A stretch of DNA of 57,093 bases from Gemmatimonadota bacterium (lineage in GTDB: Bacteria; Gemmatimonadota; Gemmatimonadetes; Longimicrobiales; Gaopeijiaceae), in contig JBDHHQ010000026.1 of NCBI GenBank assembly GCA_039589315.1, positions 1-57,093 on the forward strand, read 5' to 3'. Positions 38,991 through 49,969 of this stretch are shown piece after piece. A program made the translations under genes and the position numbers. The notes beneath the pieces are model-generated. The model was not told the DNA's origin and did no database searches. It saw nothing but the letters and a program-made list of their open reading frames with translations. The stretch's first letter is position 1. The number at the start of each line of letters is the position of its first letter.

Positions 38991-40190
38991 GTGCCCTTCG
39001 ACCTCGTAAGAGAGGCGATCGAGGACATCCGCCAGGGGCGGATGGTGATCGTGGCCGACGACGAAGACCGGGAGAACGAGGGGGACCTGGTCTGCGCCGC
39101 GGCGGTGGTGACCCCGGAGATCATCAACTTCATGGCACGGTACGGGCGGGGTCTGATCTGCGCCACGCTGACCCGGGAGCGGGCGGAGGAGCTCGATCTC
39201 GCTCCCATGACAGATACCAACACCGATCCACAGGGCACCGCCTTTACGGTGTCGGTGGACGCCCACCGCAGGTTCGGCGTCACGACCGGGATCAGCGCGT
39301 TCGATCGCGCCAAGACCATCGAGGTTCTCCTCGACCCGGAGACCCGGCCCGGTGATCTGCGGCGGCCTGGTCACATCTTCCCGCTCCGGGCCCAACCCGG
39401 CGGTGTCCTCCGACGGGTCGGTCAGACGGAAGCCAGCGTGGACCTTGCACGCCTTGCCGGATTCCCACCGGCCGGTGTGATCTGTGAGATCCTGAGCGCC
39501 GACGGAACGATGGCCCGGCGACCCGAGCTGGAGGAGTTCGCCGAGGAGCACGGCCTGAAGTTCATCACCGTGGCCCAGCTCGTGCGGTACCGGCTGGCCA
39601 AGGAGCGACTCGTGAACCGGGTGGCCGAGGCCGAGCTACCCACTCCGTTCGGCGAGTTTCGCGTCATCGCCTACCGGAACCTCGTGGACGAGCGCGAGCA
39701 CGTGGCCCTGGTGAAGGGCGAGATCTGGGGTGTGCCGGAGGTCCTCGTGCGCATGCACTCGGAATGCCTGACCGGTGACGTGTTCGGCTCTCTGCGCTGT
39801 GACTGCGGACAGCAGCTCGCTGCCGCCATGGAGCGCATCGAGCGGGAGGGTCGGGGTGCCATCGTCTACCTGAAGCAGGAGGGGCGGGGGATTGGCCTCG
39901 TGAACAAGCTTCGCGCCTACGAGCTCCAGGATCAGGGCCTGGACACGGTCGAAGCGAACAAGACCCTGGGGTTCAAGCCGGATCTGCGAGATTACGGCAT
40001 CGGCGCGCAGATCCTCCTGGACCTGGGCTTGAATTCCATCCGCCTGCTGACGAACAACCCACGTAAGATCGTGGGGCTCGACGCCTACGACATCACGATC
40101 GTGGGGCGGGAGCCCATCCAGGTGGAGCCCGGCGCGCACAACGAACGGTACCTCGCCACCAAGGCGACCAAGCTGGGCCACATTCTCTAG
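38991..40190 (+). CDS. ribBA: bifunctional DHBP synthase / GTP cyclohydrolase II
   Basis: [41 protein letters not shown] and LLTNNP. Confidence 0.97.
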   Translation: MPFDLVREAIEDIRQGRMVIVADDEDRENEGDLVCAAAVVTPEIINFMARYGRGLICATLTRERAEELDLAPMTDTNTDPQGTAFTVSVDAHRRFGVTTGISAFDRAKTIEVLLDPETRPGDLRRPGHIFPLRAQPGGVLRRVGQTEASVDLARLAGFPPAGVICEILSADGTMARRPELEEFAEEHGLKFITVAQLVRYRLAKERLVNRVAEAELPTPFGEFRVIAYRNLVDEREHVALVKGEIWGVPEVLVRMHSECLTGDVFGSLRCDCGQQLAAAMERIEREGRGAIVYLKQEGRGIGLVNKLRAYELQDQGLDTVEANKTLGFKPDLRDYGIGAQILLDLGLNSIRLLTNNPRKIVGLDAYDITIVGREPIQVEPGAHNERYLATKATKLGHIL

Positions 40191-40220
40191 CGGCCGGGAA
40201 GCGACCTCCCAGGAGCCACG

Positions 40221-40685
40221 GTGAACGAACACGACGGAGATTTGGACGGCAGCGGACGCCGCTTCGCCATCGTCGTCTCACGCTTCAACAGCCTCGTCAC
40301 GCGCCAACTGCTTGGCGGCGCGAGGGACTGCCTCCTGCGTCACGGGGTGGAGGACGACGCCATCGACGTCTTCCACGTCCCAGGAGCCTGGGAGATCCCT
40401 CAGGCCGCGCAGCGCGTCCTGAAGTCGGGTGGACATGACGCCCTGGTGGCGCTGGGCTGCGTGATCCGGGGTGCCACGCCCCATTTCGACTACGTGGCCG
40501 GCGAGGCAGCGCGCGGCCTCGGGGCGATCGCCCGCGAGGCGAGAGTTCCGGTCGTCTTCGGGGTTCTCACGACCGACACGGTGGAACAGGCGCTGGAGCG
40601 GGCGGGCACGAAGGCCGGCAACAAAGGGTGGGATGCCGCCCTGAGCGCCCTCGAGCTCGTCAACCTCTTCGGGAGGATCGGATAG
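40221..40685 (+). CDS. ribH: 6,7-dimethyl-8-ribityllumazine synthase
   Basis: [23 protein letters not shown] and GNKG. Confidence 0.97.
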   Translation: MNEHDGDLDGSGRRFAIVVSRFNSLVTRQLLGGARDCLLRHGVEDDAIDVFHVPGAWEIPQAAQRVLKSGGHDALVALGCVIRGATPHFDYVAGEAARGLGAIAREARVPVVFGVLTTDTVEQALERAGTKAGNKGWDAALSALELVNLFGRIG

Positions 40686-40686
40686 C

Positions 40687-41127
40687 TTGGCGGTCCGTCC
40701 CGAGGCTCACCTCGACCGCACCCGGGCCCGAGCTTGGATCCTCCAGATTCACTACCAGTGGGAGAGCGCCGGGCGCGAGTCGCCCCTCGCCGAAGCCCTC
40801 CGCCAGACGGTGGCCACCCGCCGCATCCGCCCCGAGCGACTCCCCTACGTCCGCAGGCTGGTGAAGGTCCTGGACTCCCACGGTCAGGAGCTGGATCGTC
40901 GGCTCCAGGAGGCCCTGGACAACTGGCGCCTCGAGCGACTGTCGGCCATCGACCGGGGGATTCTGCGGCTCGCTGCCGCCGAGCTGCTCTATATGGACGA
41001 CATCCCTCCGAAAGTGTCCATCCAGGAGGCGATCCACCTGGCGGATCGGTACGGCGGCCCCGAGTCGTCCCGATTCGTGAACGGCGTGCTGGACGCCCTC
41101 TACCGGAGTGTGCGGGAGGGCGGTTGA
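40687..41127 (+). CDS. nusB: transcription antitermination factor NusB
   Basis: R..AR...LQ..Y, NWRLERL..IDR.ILR and FVNGVLD; follows ribH. Confidence 0.95.
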   Translation: MAVRPEAHLDRTRARAWILQIHYQWESAGRESPLAEALRQTVATRRIRPERLPYVRRLVKVLDSHGQELDRRLQEALDNWRLERLSAIDRGILRLAAAELLYMDDIPPKVSIQEAIHLADRYGGPESSRFVNGVLDALYRSVREGG

Positions 41128-41153
41128 GCCCGACCCGCCGGGGTGGCGCCTGT

Positions 41154-42278
41154 ATGAGAATCCTCGTGGTGAACTGGCAGGACCGACAGAATCCCCAGTC
41201 GGGGGGAGCCGAAACCCACCTGCACGAGATCTTCGGCCGGCTCGCCGCCCTCGGCGATGACGTTACCCTGCTGGTGTCCGGCTGGCGAGGCGCCCCAGCC
41301 CGAGCTCGGCTCGACGGCATGGAGGTGCATCGTACGGGTGGGCGATACACCTTCTCGGCCGCCGCCCCCTGGTACTACCGCCGGCACCTGCGGGGCCTGG
41401 GCTTCGACGTCGTGGTCGAAGACCTGAACAAGGTGCCCGTGTTCACCCCGTTCTGGACAGAGGCGCCCCAGGTGCTGCTCGTGCACCACCTGTTCGGCAC
41501 GACCGCGTTCCGGGAGGCGTCGTTGCCGGTGGCCACGGCCACGTGGCTGCTCGAGCGTCCGGTGCCCAGGGTCTTCCGGAAGATCCCCACGGTCGCCGTC
41601 TCCGACAGCACCGCAGACGACCTCGTGACGCGCGGCATGGAGAGGGACTGCATCACCGTCATTCCCAACGGTATCCACATCGATCGCTACCCCGTCGCGA
41701 GCCCCGCCGGCGCCTTCGACGAGCCCACGCTCCTGTTCCTTGGCAGGCTCAAGCGGTACAAGGGGATCGACCTCATCCTCAAGGCCTGCGGCCAACTAGC
41801 GCAGGAGGGACTCAACGTGCGCCTCCTGGTGGCGGGGCGGGGCGACGACCAGGCCCGCCTGGTTTCGCTGCGGGATCGCCTGGGACTGGAGGACGCCGTG
41901 GAGTTCCTCGGCTTCGTGTCCGAGGAGGAGAAGCTGGAGCTCCTGCAGCGAAGCTGGATCCACGTGCTCACGTCCCCCAAGGAAGGCTGGGGGATCACGA
42001 ACGTGGAAGCCGCGGCGTGCGGCACTCCGACGGTGGCCAGCGACTCGCCGGGGCTACGGGACTCGGTGCGGGACGGTGAGACCGGCGTCCTGGTACCCCA
42101 TGGCGACGTGAACGCTCTGGCTCGAGCGTTGGGCCGCCTCCTGCGGGACGACGGGCTGCGGGCGACGATGGGACGCTCGGCCCGCAGATTCGCGGAGAAC
42201 CTCTCGTGGGACGCCTCCGCACACCGATTCCGAGCAGTCCTCGAGCGGCGAATGGCGGACCATGCCGTCAACGTCTAG
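41154..42278 (+). CDS. glycosyltransferase family 4
   Basis: NWQD..NP.SGGAE, LGRLKRYKG and EGWGITNVEA. Confidence 0.93.
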   Translation: MRILVVNWQDRQNPQSGGAETHLHEIFGRLAALGDDVTLLVSGWRGAPARARLDGMEVHRTGGRYTFSAAAPWYYRRHLRGLGFDVVVEDLNKVPVFTPFWTEAPQVLLVHHLFGTTAFREASLPVATATWLLERPVPRVFRKIPTVAVSDSTADDLVTRGMERDCITVIPNGIHIDRYPVASPAGAFDEPTLLFLGRLKRYKGIDLILKACGQLAQEGLNVRLLVAGRGDDQARLVSLRDRLGLEDAVEFLGFVSEEEKLELLQRSWIHVLTSPKEGWGITNVEAAACGTPTVASDSPGLRDSVRDGETGVLVPHGDVNALARALGRLLRDDGLRATMGRSARRFAENLSWDASAHRFRAVLERRMADHAVNV

Positions 42279-42374
42279 CCCCGCGGTCAGCGAGCGCACC
42301 GGCGACCCGCTGCGTGGCGTCGGGAGAGTGGTTACTTTTTGGCTGTGAACCGAGAACCCGAAAGCGGAGGTTGA

Positions 42375-42704
42375 ATGAGAGTCCAGATAGCCGCCCGTCA
42401 CTGTGAAGTCCCGGACTCGATTCGGCAGCGGGCGGAAGAGCAAGCCCAGAGATTGACCCGATACGAGCCCCGCCTTTCAGGCGTGGAGGTCGTCTTCGAG
42501 ATAGAGAAGCACGTGAAACGGGTCGAGGGCCGTCTGACCATCGACGGCCAGGCTCCCGCCGTGGCCACTGGCGACGGGCCCGAATTCCGCGGGGCTCTCG
42601 ACCAGATGTTGGATCGTGCGGGCCGAATGCTGCGGCGGCGGCGGGATCAGGCCAGGGACCACCAGGGTCCGAAGCTCTCGGAAGCGGCGTCTCCCGAGAG
42701 CTGA
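42375..42704 (+). CDS. hpf: ribosome hibernation factor (HPF/RaiA)
   Basis: MRVQIAARHCEV fold pattern, size of 109 aa, and position before hprK. Confidence 0.85.
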   Translation: MRVQIAARHCEVPDSIRQRAEEQAQRLTRYEPRLSGVEVVFEIEKHVKRVEGRLTIDGQAPAVATGDGPEFRGALDQMLDRAGRMLRRRRDQARDHQGPKLSEAASPES

Positions 42705-42732
42705 TCGCCCACCTGACGCGACCGGAGCTACC

Positions 42733-43686
42733 GTGGGCCGGCCCCTCACCGTCGAGGAGATCTACCGGGACCGGGGCGACATCCTCCAGCTCGAGCTGCT
42801 GACGGAAGGTCCGCCGCTCGACAGCCCCGTCCTCGATCCCGATATCTCCAGCCCTGGCCTCGCGCTGGCCGGATTCACCGAGCGATTCCCCGGCGGCCGG
42901 ATGCAGGTCTTCGGCGAAACGGAGATGACCTATCTCCGTTCTCTGCCGTCCGAGCAGGCCTGGGACCACCTCGAAAAGCTGTTCGCGCACGAGATCCCGG
43001 CGGTCTTCGTCACCAAGGGCCAGGACGTGCCTGCCGAGTTCCTGGAGATCGCCGTGCGGAACGACACTCCCGTCATGCGCTCCAACCTCTCGACGCGGGA
43101 CTTCTTCCAGCGCATCAAGCCGGTCATGGAAGAGGAGCTCGCGCCGCAGACCAACCTCCACGGCTCGTTGGCCGACGTGTATGGCGTGGGGCTTCTCTTC
43201 GTCGGTGAGAGCGGCATTGGCAAGAGCGAGTGCGTCCTGGACCTCGTGGAACGGGGCCACCGCGTGGTGGCGGACGACCTGGTGTTCGTCTCGCGCCGTG
43301 GGCACGACGTCCTCATCGGTCGGGGGCACGAGCTTCAGCGGCACCACATGGAGATCCGCGGCATCGGCATCATCGACGTTCGCGCGCTGTTCGGAATCCG
43401 AGCGATCCGACAACAGAAGCGGATCGAGGTCGTGGTCCACCTGGAACATTGGCAGGAGGGGCGGGAGTACGACCGCACGGGGCTGGAGACGGAGCACCAG
43501 GACATCCTCGGCGTCCCGATTCCTCGCGTCACCGTCCCCCTGGTTCCGGGGAAGAACATCACTGTGGTGGCCGAGGTCGTGGCCATGAACCATCTGCTAC
43601 TCTTCTCCGGCGTCGACTCCGCGGCCGAGTTCAACCGTCACCTCCAGACGTCGCTCTCTGAATACCTCCGGCAGGACTATGAGTGA
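42733..43686 (+). CDS. hprK: HPr(Ser) kinase/phosphorylase
   Basis: PGLALAG, HG....YG.G....GESGIGKSE, VADD and EIRGIGIID. GTG start inferred. Confidence 0.95.
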   Translation: MGRPLTVEEIYRDRGDILQLELLTEGPPLDSPVLDPDISSPGLALAGFTERFPGGRMQVFGETEMTYLRSLPSEQAWDHLEKLFAHEIPAVFVTKGQDVPAEFLEIAVRNDTPVMRSNLSTRDFFQRIKPVMEEELAPQTNLHGSLADVYGVGLLFVGESGIGKSECVLDLVERGHRVVADDLVFVSRRGHDVLIGRGHELQRHHMEIRGIGIIDVRALFGIRAIRQQKRIEVVVHLEHWQEGREYDRTGLETEHQDILGVPIPRVTVPLVPGKNITVVAEVVAMNHLLLFSGVDSAAEFNRHLQTSLSEYLRQDYE

Positions 43687-44101
43687 GAACGCGCCGGCCC
43701 GGGGCATCCTCGTGGCCCATGGGGCCATGGCGGAAGGGCTCGTGGACGCTGTTCGAAAAATCGCCGGGACCGATCCCGAAGCGCTTGTCGCCTTGTCGAA
43801 CGAAGGGCTCGCCCCCGACGCCCTGGGCCGCGAGATAGAGGCGCTTCTGGGCGACGCGCCTGGAGTGGTCTTCACGGACATGCAGTCGGGCAGCTGCGCG
43901 ATGGCTGCACGCCTCACATGCCGCGACGCGCAAGAGCGGGTGATCGTGTGCGGGGTCAACCTGCCCATGCTCCTGGACTTCGTCTTTCACAGACACTTGC
44001 CGCTCGACGAGTTGATCCCGCGCGTGCTGGACCGTGGGAAGACAGGAATCCAGAGCATCCCGAAACCGACCGCTCATGCCGATCCAGCTCTTTCGGGTTG
44101 A
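43679..44101 (+). CDS. PTS mannose-family EIIA
   Basis: LVAHG (phospho-His), TDMQSGS and GVNLPML. Confidence 0.9.
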   Translation: MSENAPARGILVAHGAMAEGLVDAVRKIAGTDPEALVALSNEGLAPDALGREIEALLGDAPGVVFTDMQSGSCAMAARLTCRDAQERVIVCGVNLPMLLDFVFHRHLPLDELIPRVLDRGKTGIQSIPKPTAHADPALSG

Positions 44102-44555
44102 CGAACGCCTCATCCACGGTCAAGTGGTGATCGGCTGGGGGAGCCAGCTGGCGCCACAGCGGTACGCCATCGTCGATGACGACGTCGCCGAGAGCGAGTG
44201 GGAGCAGGAGCTGTACGTCCTCGGCTTGCCCGACGGCACCGACGTAGAGTTCGTGACAGTGGAGCAGGCGGGTCAGCGGATTTCCGAGTGGCAGGCCTCT
44301 CCGCTCAAGACCTTGGTCCTCGCGAGGAACCTCCGGACTGTCCACCGCTTGGCCGAGGGCGGATACCTGGAAGACATCGCGGTAAACCTGGGAGGCATCC
44401 ACCACGGCGCGGGGCGCACCCAGGTGCTCTCGTATATCTACCTCAACGACGAGGACCGGCGCCTGATCCGTGAGCTAGCCGACATGGGCGTAGCGGTCAC
44501 GGCCCGAGACCTTCCCGGCTCCAAGAAGGTCGGCGCCGAGAGCCTCCTGAGCTGA
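44076..44555 (+). CDS. PTS mannose-family EIIB
   Basis: RVDERLIHGQV..GW and VNLGG. Confidence 0.92.
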   Translation: MPIQLFRVDERLIHGQVVIGWGSQLAPQRYAIVDDDVAESEWEQELYVLGLPDGTDVEFVTVEQAGQRISEWQASPLKTLVLARNLRTVHRLAEGGYLEDIAVNLGGIHHGAGRTQVLSYIYLNDEDRRLIRELADMGVAVTARDLPGSKKVGAESLLS

Positions 44556-44565
44556 GGTCGCCCCG

Positions 44566-45225
44566 TTGGAGCTCCTCTCGCTCTCTCTGCTGGGCGGCCT
44601 GCTCGCCCTGGAAGGCACGTCATTCGGCCAGTTCATGGCGTCTCGCCCCATCGTCGCGGCGACTGCCGCGGGGTGGGTGCTGGGGGATCCCGGGTCGGGG
44701 CTGCTCCTGGGTGGAATGCTCGAGCTCCTCCACCTGAGCGTGATGCCGGTGGGTGGTGCGCGCTTTCCCGAACTGGGCCCGGCCGCCGTGGTCGCGGTGG
44801 CCACCGCGGTGGCCGCGGGCGGCGGGGGGGGCATCGCGCTGGGCTGCCTCATGGCGCTGGCCTGGGGCCAGCTCGGAGGAGCCAGCATCGTGCTGCTTCG
44901 ACGCGTGAACGGCTGGATCGCGCCCGACCCGCTGACGAACCCGGCCTCGCCGAGCGGAACCGAGTGGCGACACCTGGCGGCCACCGCTCTGGACCTGGCG
45001 CGTGGAACCGTTCTTACGGTAGCGGGGATACTGGTGGGCGTCCGAGTGGTGGCGCCTGTGAGCGCATACTGGCCTCTCGGTCGGGGAGCGACCATCGGGC
45101 TCGTGCTGGTGGCAGCGGCCATGCCGGCGGGTGCGCTCCTGAGGACGTTCGGAGGCGTGCGCCGTAGGGGCGTCCTCTTCGCGCTGGGTGTCCTGGCTGG
45201 ATTGGTGGGGAGCCTGCTCCTGTGA
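44566..45225 (+). CDS. PTS mannose-family EIIC
   Basis: QFMASRPIV, G..LELL..S..PVGG and a hydrophobic body. Confidence 0.85.
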   Translation: MELLSLSLLGGLLALEGTSFGQFMASRPIVAATAAGWVLGDPGSGLLLGGMLELLHLSVMPVGGARFPELGPAAVVAVATAVAAGGGGGIALGCLMALAWGQLGGASIVLLRRVNGWIAPDPLTNPASPSGTEWRHLAATALDLARGTVLTVAGILVGVRVVAPVSAYWPLGRGATIGLVLVAAAMPAGALLRTFGGVRRRGVLFALGVLAGLVGSLLL

Positions 45226-45971
45226 GAGAGATCCGGAGCGGCGTCCTGTTGCGAGCGTTTCTTCGCTCCTTTCTGATCCAGGGGTCGTGGAACTACCGGA
45301 CCATGATCGGTAACGGCTTCGGGTTCGCCCTGATGCCAGTCCTCCGGTGGCTCTATCGCGACGATCCGGATGGTCTGGCACGGGCCACTGCCCGGCACAC
45401 GGAGCACTTCAACGCTCATCCCTACATGGCGGGTCTCGCTATCGGGGCGACGGCGAGAATGGAGGCGGACGGGGCGGCGCCCGAAGCCGTGCGGCGCTTC
45501 AAGAGCGCCGTTCGTGGACCCCTGGGTGGGCTCGGAGACCGGCTGGTTTGGGCCGGATTGCTTCCGTGCACGGTACTGGTCGCGCTGGTGCTCGCGGTCG
45601 TCGGGGCGGATGCGGGCGTCGTGGTGGTGACGTTCCTGGTGCTGTACAACTTGGGCCACCTCACCGTGCGGGGGTGGGCGTTCCGCACTGGTGTCGACGC
45701 GGGCCCAGGCGTCGGGAGTCGCCTGGCGGCCGTGGATCTGGGCGGCAAGGCCGAACGCGTCCAGGGCGTAGGTGTGGTGCTGCTGGGCGTGCTCACCGGC
45801 CTCCTGACCGCTCGGGCGGTGTCTGCGGGAGGGCCTGGATGGGCCGCAGCCGCGGCAGGGGCCGCTATGTTGGCCGTAGGCGGAAAGGTCGGACTACGGA
45901 TCTGGCGGCCCATGTCCGCGGTGCTGATGGTGCTCATAGTGATGCTCACTGTTTGGGGGACGCTGACATGA
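45222..45971 (+). CDS. PTS mannose-family EIID
   Basis: QGSWNY..M...G, FNAHPY and GPLGGLGD. Confidence 0.9.
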   Translation: MREIRSGVLLRAFLRSFLIQGSWNYRTMIGNGFGFALMPVLRWLYRDDPDGLARATARHTEHFNAHPYMAGLAIGATARMEADGAAPEAVRRFKSAVRGPLGGLGDRLVWAGLLPCTVLVALVLAVVGADAGVVVVTFLVLYNLGHLTVRGWAFRTGVDAGPGVGSRLAAVDLGGKAERVQGVGVVLLGVLTGLLTARAVSAGGPGWAAAAAGAAMLAVGGKVGLRIWRPMSAVLMVLIVMLTVWGTLT

Positions 45972-46252
45972 CCCACCCTGTCGTCGAGGAGCGAACTGCC
46001 CAGATCGTGAATCGCCTCGGGTTGCATGCGCGGCCCGCGGCCGAGTTCGTGAAGCTGGCAGGTCGGTTCGCGGCGGAGATCAGCGTGGAGAAAGACGGGA
46101 TGGCGGTGAACGGCAAGAGCATCATGGGAGTCTTGATGTTGGCGGCGGAGCACGGATCGGAGCTCCGCATCCGAGCAGAGGGCCAGGACGCCGAAGCGGC
46201 CGTTGACGCGCTGGCCTCGCTGGTGAACCGGGGATTCGAGGAGGGCTTGTGA
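45968..46252 (+). CDS. ptsH: phosphocarrier HPr
   Basis: GLHARPAA (His15) and NGKSIMGVLML (Ser46). Confidence 0.96.
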   Translation: MTHPVVEERTAQIVNRLGLHARPAAEFVKLAGRFAAEISVEKDGMAVNGKSIMGVLMLAAEHGSELRIRAEGQDAEAAVDALASLVNRGFEEGL

Positions 46253-46316
46253 AGCCGCGACGAAGCCCCGCGGGGCACATCCCCGGGGCGTCCGCGCTCC
46301 CCTGGGATCACGCCTG

Positions 46317-48104
46317 ATGTCCATCGTCAAGGACGGCAGTCCGGCGGCCGAAGGCATCGTGCTGGGGCCCGTGCACGTCATCCACTGGGGCGTACCCGAC
46401 GTACCGCACCGGACACTCGAAGAGGGCGAGGTAGAGACGGAGATCCAGCGGTTTCACGAGGCCTTGAATTGGGCCCGGGAGAAGCTCCTGGATCTCATGT
46501 CCGTCACCGAGGGCCGCCTGGGCCGGGTCGAGGCACGGATCTTCGAGCCACAGCTGCTCATGCTCGAGGACGTGGAGGTGGTGGAGGGAACGGTTCGCTA
46601 CATCCGCGAGAATCGCCTCACCGCGGAGCGAGCCCTCGAGTGGCGCATGCTCGAGCTCCAGGCCAAGTGGACCCGGACGGCCCACCCCATGGTGCTGGAC
46701 AAGCTCAACGACGTGCAGGACCTGCAGGTCCGCCTCCTCCACCATCTGTTGGACCTCCCGGATCCGGCCGACGTCGCCCGGATCGGCGACCCCGTCATCG
46801 TGGTGGTGAAGAACCTCACGCCGAGCCTCACGGTCCAGATGGACCCACAGCACGTCCTGGGCATCGCCGCCGACGAAGGCACGCGAACGTCCCATTGGGT
46901 CATTCTCGCCCGCTCCCTGAACATTCCCACCGTCGTCGGCCTTGGCGATGTCACGAAGGTGGCCAAGAACGGGCAGGAGGCGATCATCGATGGCCGGATT
47001 GGCCGGGTGGTCCTGGATCCGGACGATCGAGACCGAGCCAAGTTCCGCGAGCGTCAGTCCAGATTCGAGCTCTGGGAAGCCGAGCTGGGGGAGATCTCCC
47101 GGCTTGACGCGATCACGCTGGACGGGCAGCCGGTAGCGCTGCGGGCAAATCTCGATCTACCGGCTGAAGCCGACGCCGCCCGCGCCCACGGCGCTGGGGG
47201 AGTGGGGCTCTTCCGCACCGAGTTCCTGGTGGTGGGGCGGGCCTACATGCCGGGCGAGGAGGAGCAGTACGAAGCCTACCGCCAAGTGGCCGAAGCCTTC
47301 CCCAGTGACGCTGTCTTCATCCGCACGTTCGACCTCGGAGGAGACAAGTTTCCCATGTTCCTCCACATGCCAGCGGAGGAGAATCCGTTCCTTGGGTGGC
47401 GCGCGATCCGGGTGTGCCTGGACGAGCCGGAGCTATTCCGGACGCAGCTCCGCGCCATCCTCCGCGCAACGGCCCACGGCGACGTGCGGATCATGCTTCC
47501 CCTCATAAACGACGTGGACGAGATCAAGCGCGTCCGGTCACTCTTGCAGGAAGAGGGGGCCAAGCTCCGAAACGAAGGCATCGAGTTCAACTCGGGCTAC
47601 AAGCTGGGGATCCTCGTGGAGACGCCCGCCGCGGCGCTGGACGCGGCAGAGCTTGCTCGCCACGCGGACTTCTTCTCCATCGGCACCAACGATCTCGTGC
47701 AGTACACGCTGGCCGTGGACCGGACCTCTGCCCGGCTGGCTCACCTCTTCAATCCCTTCCATCCTTCCGTGGTACGGCAGTTGCATCAGGTTGCCCGGGT
47801 GGGTCGGGCGGCCGGCATCGAGGTCAGCGTCTGTGGGGAGCTCGCCGCCCACCCGCTGGGTGCGTACCTGTTGTTGGGCCTGGACATCACGGCATTCTCG
47901 GTGTCCTGGCCGGCGCTGCCCGAGCTCAAGAAGTTCATCCGCGAGTTCCGGATCGAAGATGCCCGGCAGGCCGCCGCCAAGGCCCTGGCCGCAGCGACGA
48001 GCGAGGACGTGACGAAGGTACTGGCGGACAGCATCGGGAACTCGGTGGACCTTGCCGTGTTCTCCGGCCGGTGGAGCCTGTCGGTTCCCAACGGCCGAAC
48101 CTGA
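46317..48104 (+). CDS. ptsI: PTS enzyme I
   Basis: TSH active-site motif, [35 protein letters not shown] and CGE. Confidence 0.95.
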   Translation: MSIVKDGSPAAEGIVLGPVHVIHWGVPDVPHRTLEEGEVETEIQRFHEALNWAREKLLDLMSVTEGRLGRVEARIFEPQLLMLEDVEVVEGTVRYIRENRLTAERALEWRMLELQAKWTRTAHPMVLDKLNDVQDLQVRLLHHLLDLPDPADVARIGDPVIVVVKNLTPSLTVQMDPQHVLGIAADEGTRTSHWVILARSLNIPTVVGLGDVTKVAKNGQEAIIDGRIGRVVLDPDDRDRAKFRERQSRFELWEAELGEISRLDAITLDGQPVALRANLDLPAEADAARAHGAGGVGLFRTEFLVVGRAYMPGEEEQYEAYRQVAEAFPSDAVFIRTFDLGGDKFPMFLHMPAEENPFLGWRAIRVCLDEPELFRTQLRAILRATAHGDVRIMLPLINDVDEIKRVRSLLQEEGAKLRNEGIEFNSGYKLGILVETPAAALDAAELARHADFFSIGTNDLVQYTLAVDRTSARLAHLFNPFHPSVVRQLHQVARVGRAAGIEVSVCGELAAHPLGAYLLLGLDITAFSVSWPALPELKKFIREFRIEDARQAAAKALAAATSEDVTKVLADSIGNSVDLAVFSGRWSLSVPNGRT

Positions 48105-48132
48105 CGAACGTGTTCTTTCGAGAGGATATGCG

Positions 48133-49320
48133 TTGAGCCTCAGACTGTTCACCTCGGAGTCGGTTACCGAGGGTCATCCCGACAAGCTCGCCGATCAGAT
48201 CTCCGACTCCGTCCTCGACGCGATCCTGCTCGAGGACGCCACCGCCAGGGTGGCGTGCGAAACCTTCGTGACCACCGGTCTGGCACTGGTTTCGGGCGAG
48301 ATCACGACGAAGGCCTATGTCGACGTGCCGACCCTGGTGAGGGACGTTTTGCACGACATTGGCTACACCTCGTCAGCGTTCGGCATCAACGCAACGACGT
48401 GTGGTGTCCTCACCAGCATTGGACGCCAGTCGCCCGACATCGCCCAGGGCGTCGACACCGGTGGCGCCGGGGACCAGGGGATGATGTTCGGCTACGCCTG
48501 CGACGACACGGATGAGCTGATGCCGGCGCCCATCTCTTTCGCCCACAAGGTCGTGAGGCGCCTCGCCGAGGTCCGGCACAGCGGCGAGCTGCCGTGGCTG
48601 CGTCCGGACGGCAAGGCCCAGGTGACGATGGCGTATGACGGCAACCGACCCGTGAGCGTCGAGACGGTGGTGGTCAGCGCCCAGCACGACCCCGACATCT
48701 CCCACGCGGAGCTGACGGCCCAGATCAAGGCGCACGTCATCGCGCCCGTGATCCCGGCCGAGTACCTGGAGGCGGGGGACTGCACCTACCACATCAACCC
48801 CACGGGCAAGTTCGTGGTGGGGGGCCCCCAGGGGGACGCGGGCCTCACCGGCCGGAAGATCATCGTGGACACCTATGGGGGAATGGGCCGGCACGGCGGT
48901 GGCGCGTTCAGCGGCAAGGACCCCACGAAAGTGGACCGCTCGGCGACGTACGCCGCCCGCTGGGCCGCCAAGAACGTCGTGGCGTCTGGTGCGGCTGCCA
49001 GGTGCGAGATCCAGCTGGCCTACGCCATCGGCGTCGTGGAGCCGGTTTCGGTCTATGTCGAGACCTTCGGTACGGGCCGCATGCCGGACACCGAGATTTC
49101 GGCGGCCGTGGAGAAGGTGTTCGACTTCAGGCCCGGGGCCATCATCGATGCGCTGGGCCTCCGTAATCCGATCTTTCGCCCAACCGCCGCGTACGGTCAC
49201 TTCGGCCGCGCGCCGGAAGCCTTCACCGTAGGAGAGGGTGGGTGTCAACGTCAGGTCGAGCTGTTCACGTGGGAGCGTACTGACCAGGTGGACGCGCTGC
49301 GGCACGAGTTGGGGCTTTGA
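48133..49320 (+). CDS. metK: S-adenosylmethionine synthetase
   Basis: [19 protein letters not shown] and [12 protein letters not shown] start inferred. Confidence 0.97.
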   Translation: MSLRLFTSESVTEGHPDKLADQISDSVLDAILLEDATARVACETFVTTGLALVSGEITTKAYVDVPTLVRDVLHDIGYTSSAFGINATTCGVLTSIGRQSPDIAQGVDTGGAGDQGMMFGYACDDTDELMPAPISFAHKVVRRLAEVRHSGELPWLRPDGKAQVTMAYDGNRPVSVETVVVSAQHDPDISHAELTAQIKAHVIAPVIPAEYLEAGDCTYHINPTGKFVVGGPQGDAGLTGRKIIVDTYGGMGRHGGGAFSGKDPTKVDRSATYAARWAAKNVVASGAAARCEIQLAYAIGVVEPVSVYVETFGTGRMPDTEISAAVEKVFDFRPGAIIDALGLRNPIFRPTAAYGHFGRAPEAFTVGEGGCQRQVELFTWERTDQVDALRHELGL

Positions 49321-49435
49321 GCGCTGGAGCGAACCCGGAGCCCGCTGAGGAGTACCTGAGGGACAGGCCGACCGCCTGAAGCAGGGCGGCCGAGCACTCA
49401 CGGGTGCTCGGGTTCAACGCGGAGGGCCACGCAAC

Positions 49436-49969
49436 GTGCTAGTCGAGGTAAGAGTCCAGAGTCTGGGGCTGGACAAGATGTCCAATACCCCGGTCGTCAT
49501 TCTGCAGGAGCTCTCGGGAGAGCGCGTGCTGCCGATCTGGATCGGTCCGGGTGAGGCGAGCGCCATTGCCATGCAGCTGGCCGACATGAGGTTCTCGCGG
49601 CCGCTGACCCACGATCTGCTGGTGTCGGTCATGGGAGGCCTCGGCGGCGCGCTGCAGAAGGTGATCATCACGCGGGTCGAGAAGAACACCTACTACGCGG
49701 AGATGATCGTACGGCGGAACGGGGAGATCATCTCAGTCGACGCCCGTCCGAGTGACTCCATCGCCGTGGCGCTACGCATGGAGGCGCGGATCTTCGCTGA
49801 CGACGACCTCTTGAACGAGGCGGCGTTGGAGATTGCCGAGGACGAGGCTGCCGCCGACGTGGAAGGGACCGAAGGGTCCGCTGACCCCTCGGCCGGTATG
49901 CCTCCCGAAGAGCTCAAAGAATACCTGCGACGGCTCAATCCCGAGGATTTCGGGCGCTTCACGCCGTGA
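49436..49969 (+). CDS. bifunctional nuclease family protein (DUF151)
   Basis: LPIWIG..EA, RPLTHDL and DARPSDSIA. Confidence 0.92.
   Translation: MLVEVRVQSLGLDKMSNTPVVILQELSGERVLPIWIGPGEASAIAMQLADMRFSRPLTHDLLVSVMGGLGGALQKVIITRVEKNTYYAEMIVRRNGEIISVDARPSDSIAVALRMEARIFADDDLLNEAALEIAEDEAAADVEGTEGSADPSAGMPPEELKEYLRRLNPEDFGRFTP

Noticed and set aside
49331..49415. tRNA-Sec (selC), SRP RNA or 6S RNA
   Set aside because: There is no TTCGA T-loop or UCA anticodon arm, no SRP domain IV motif, and it is too short for 6S.
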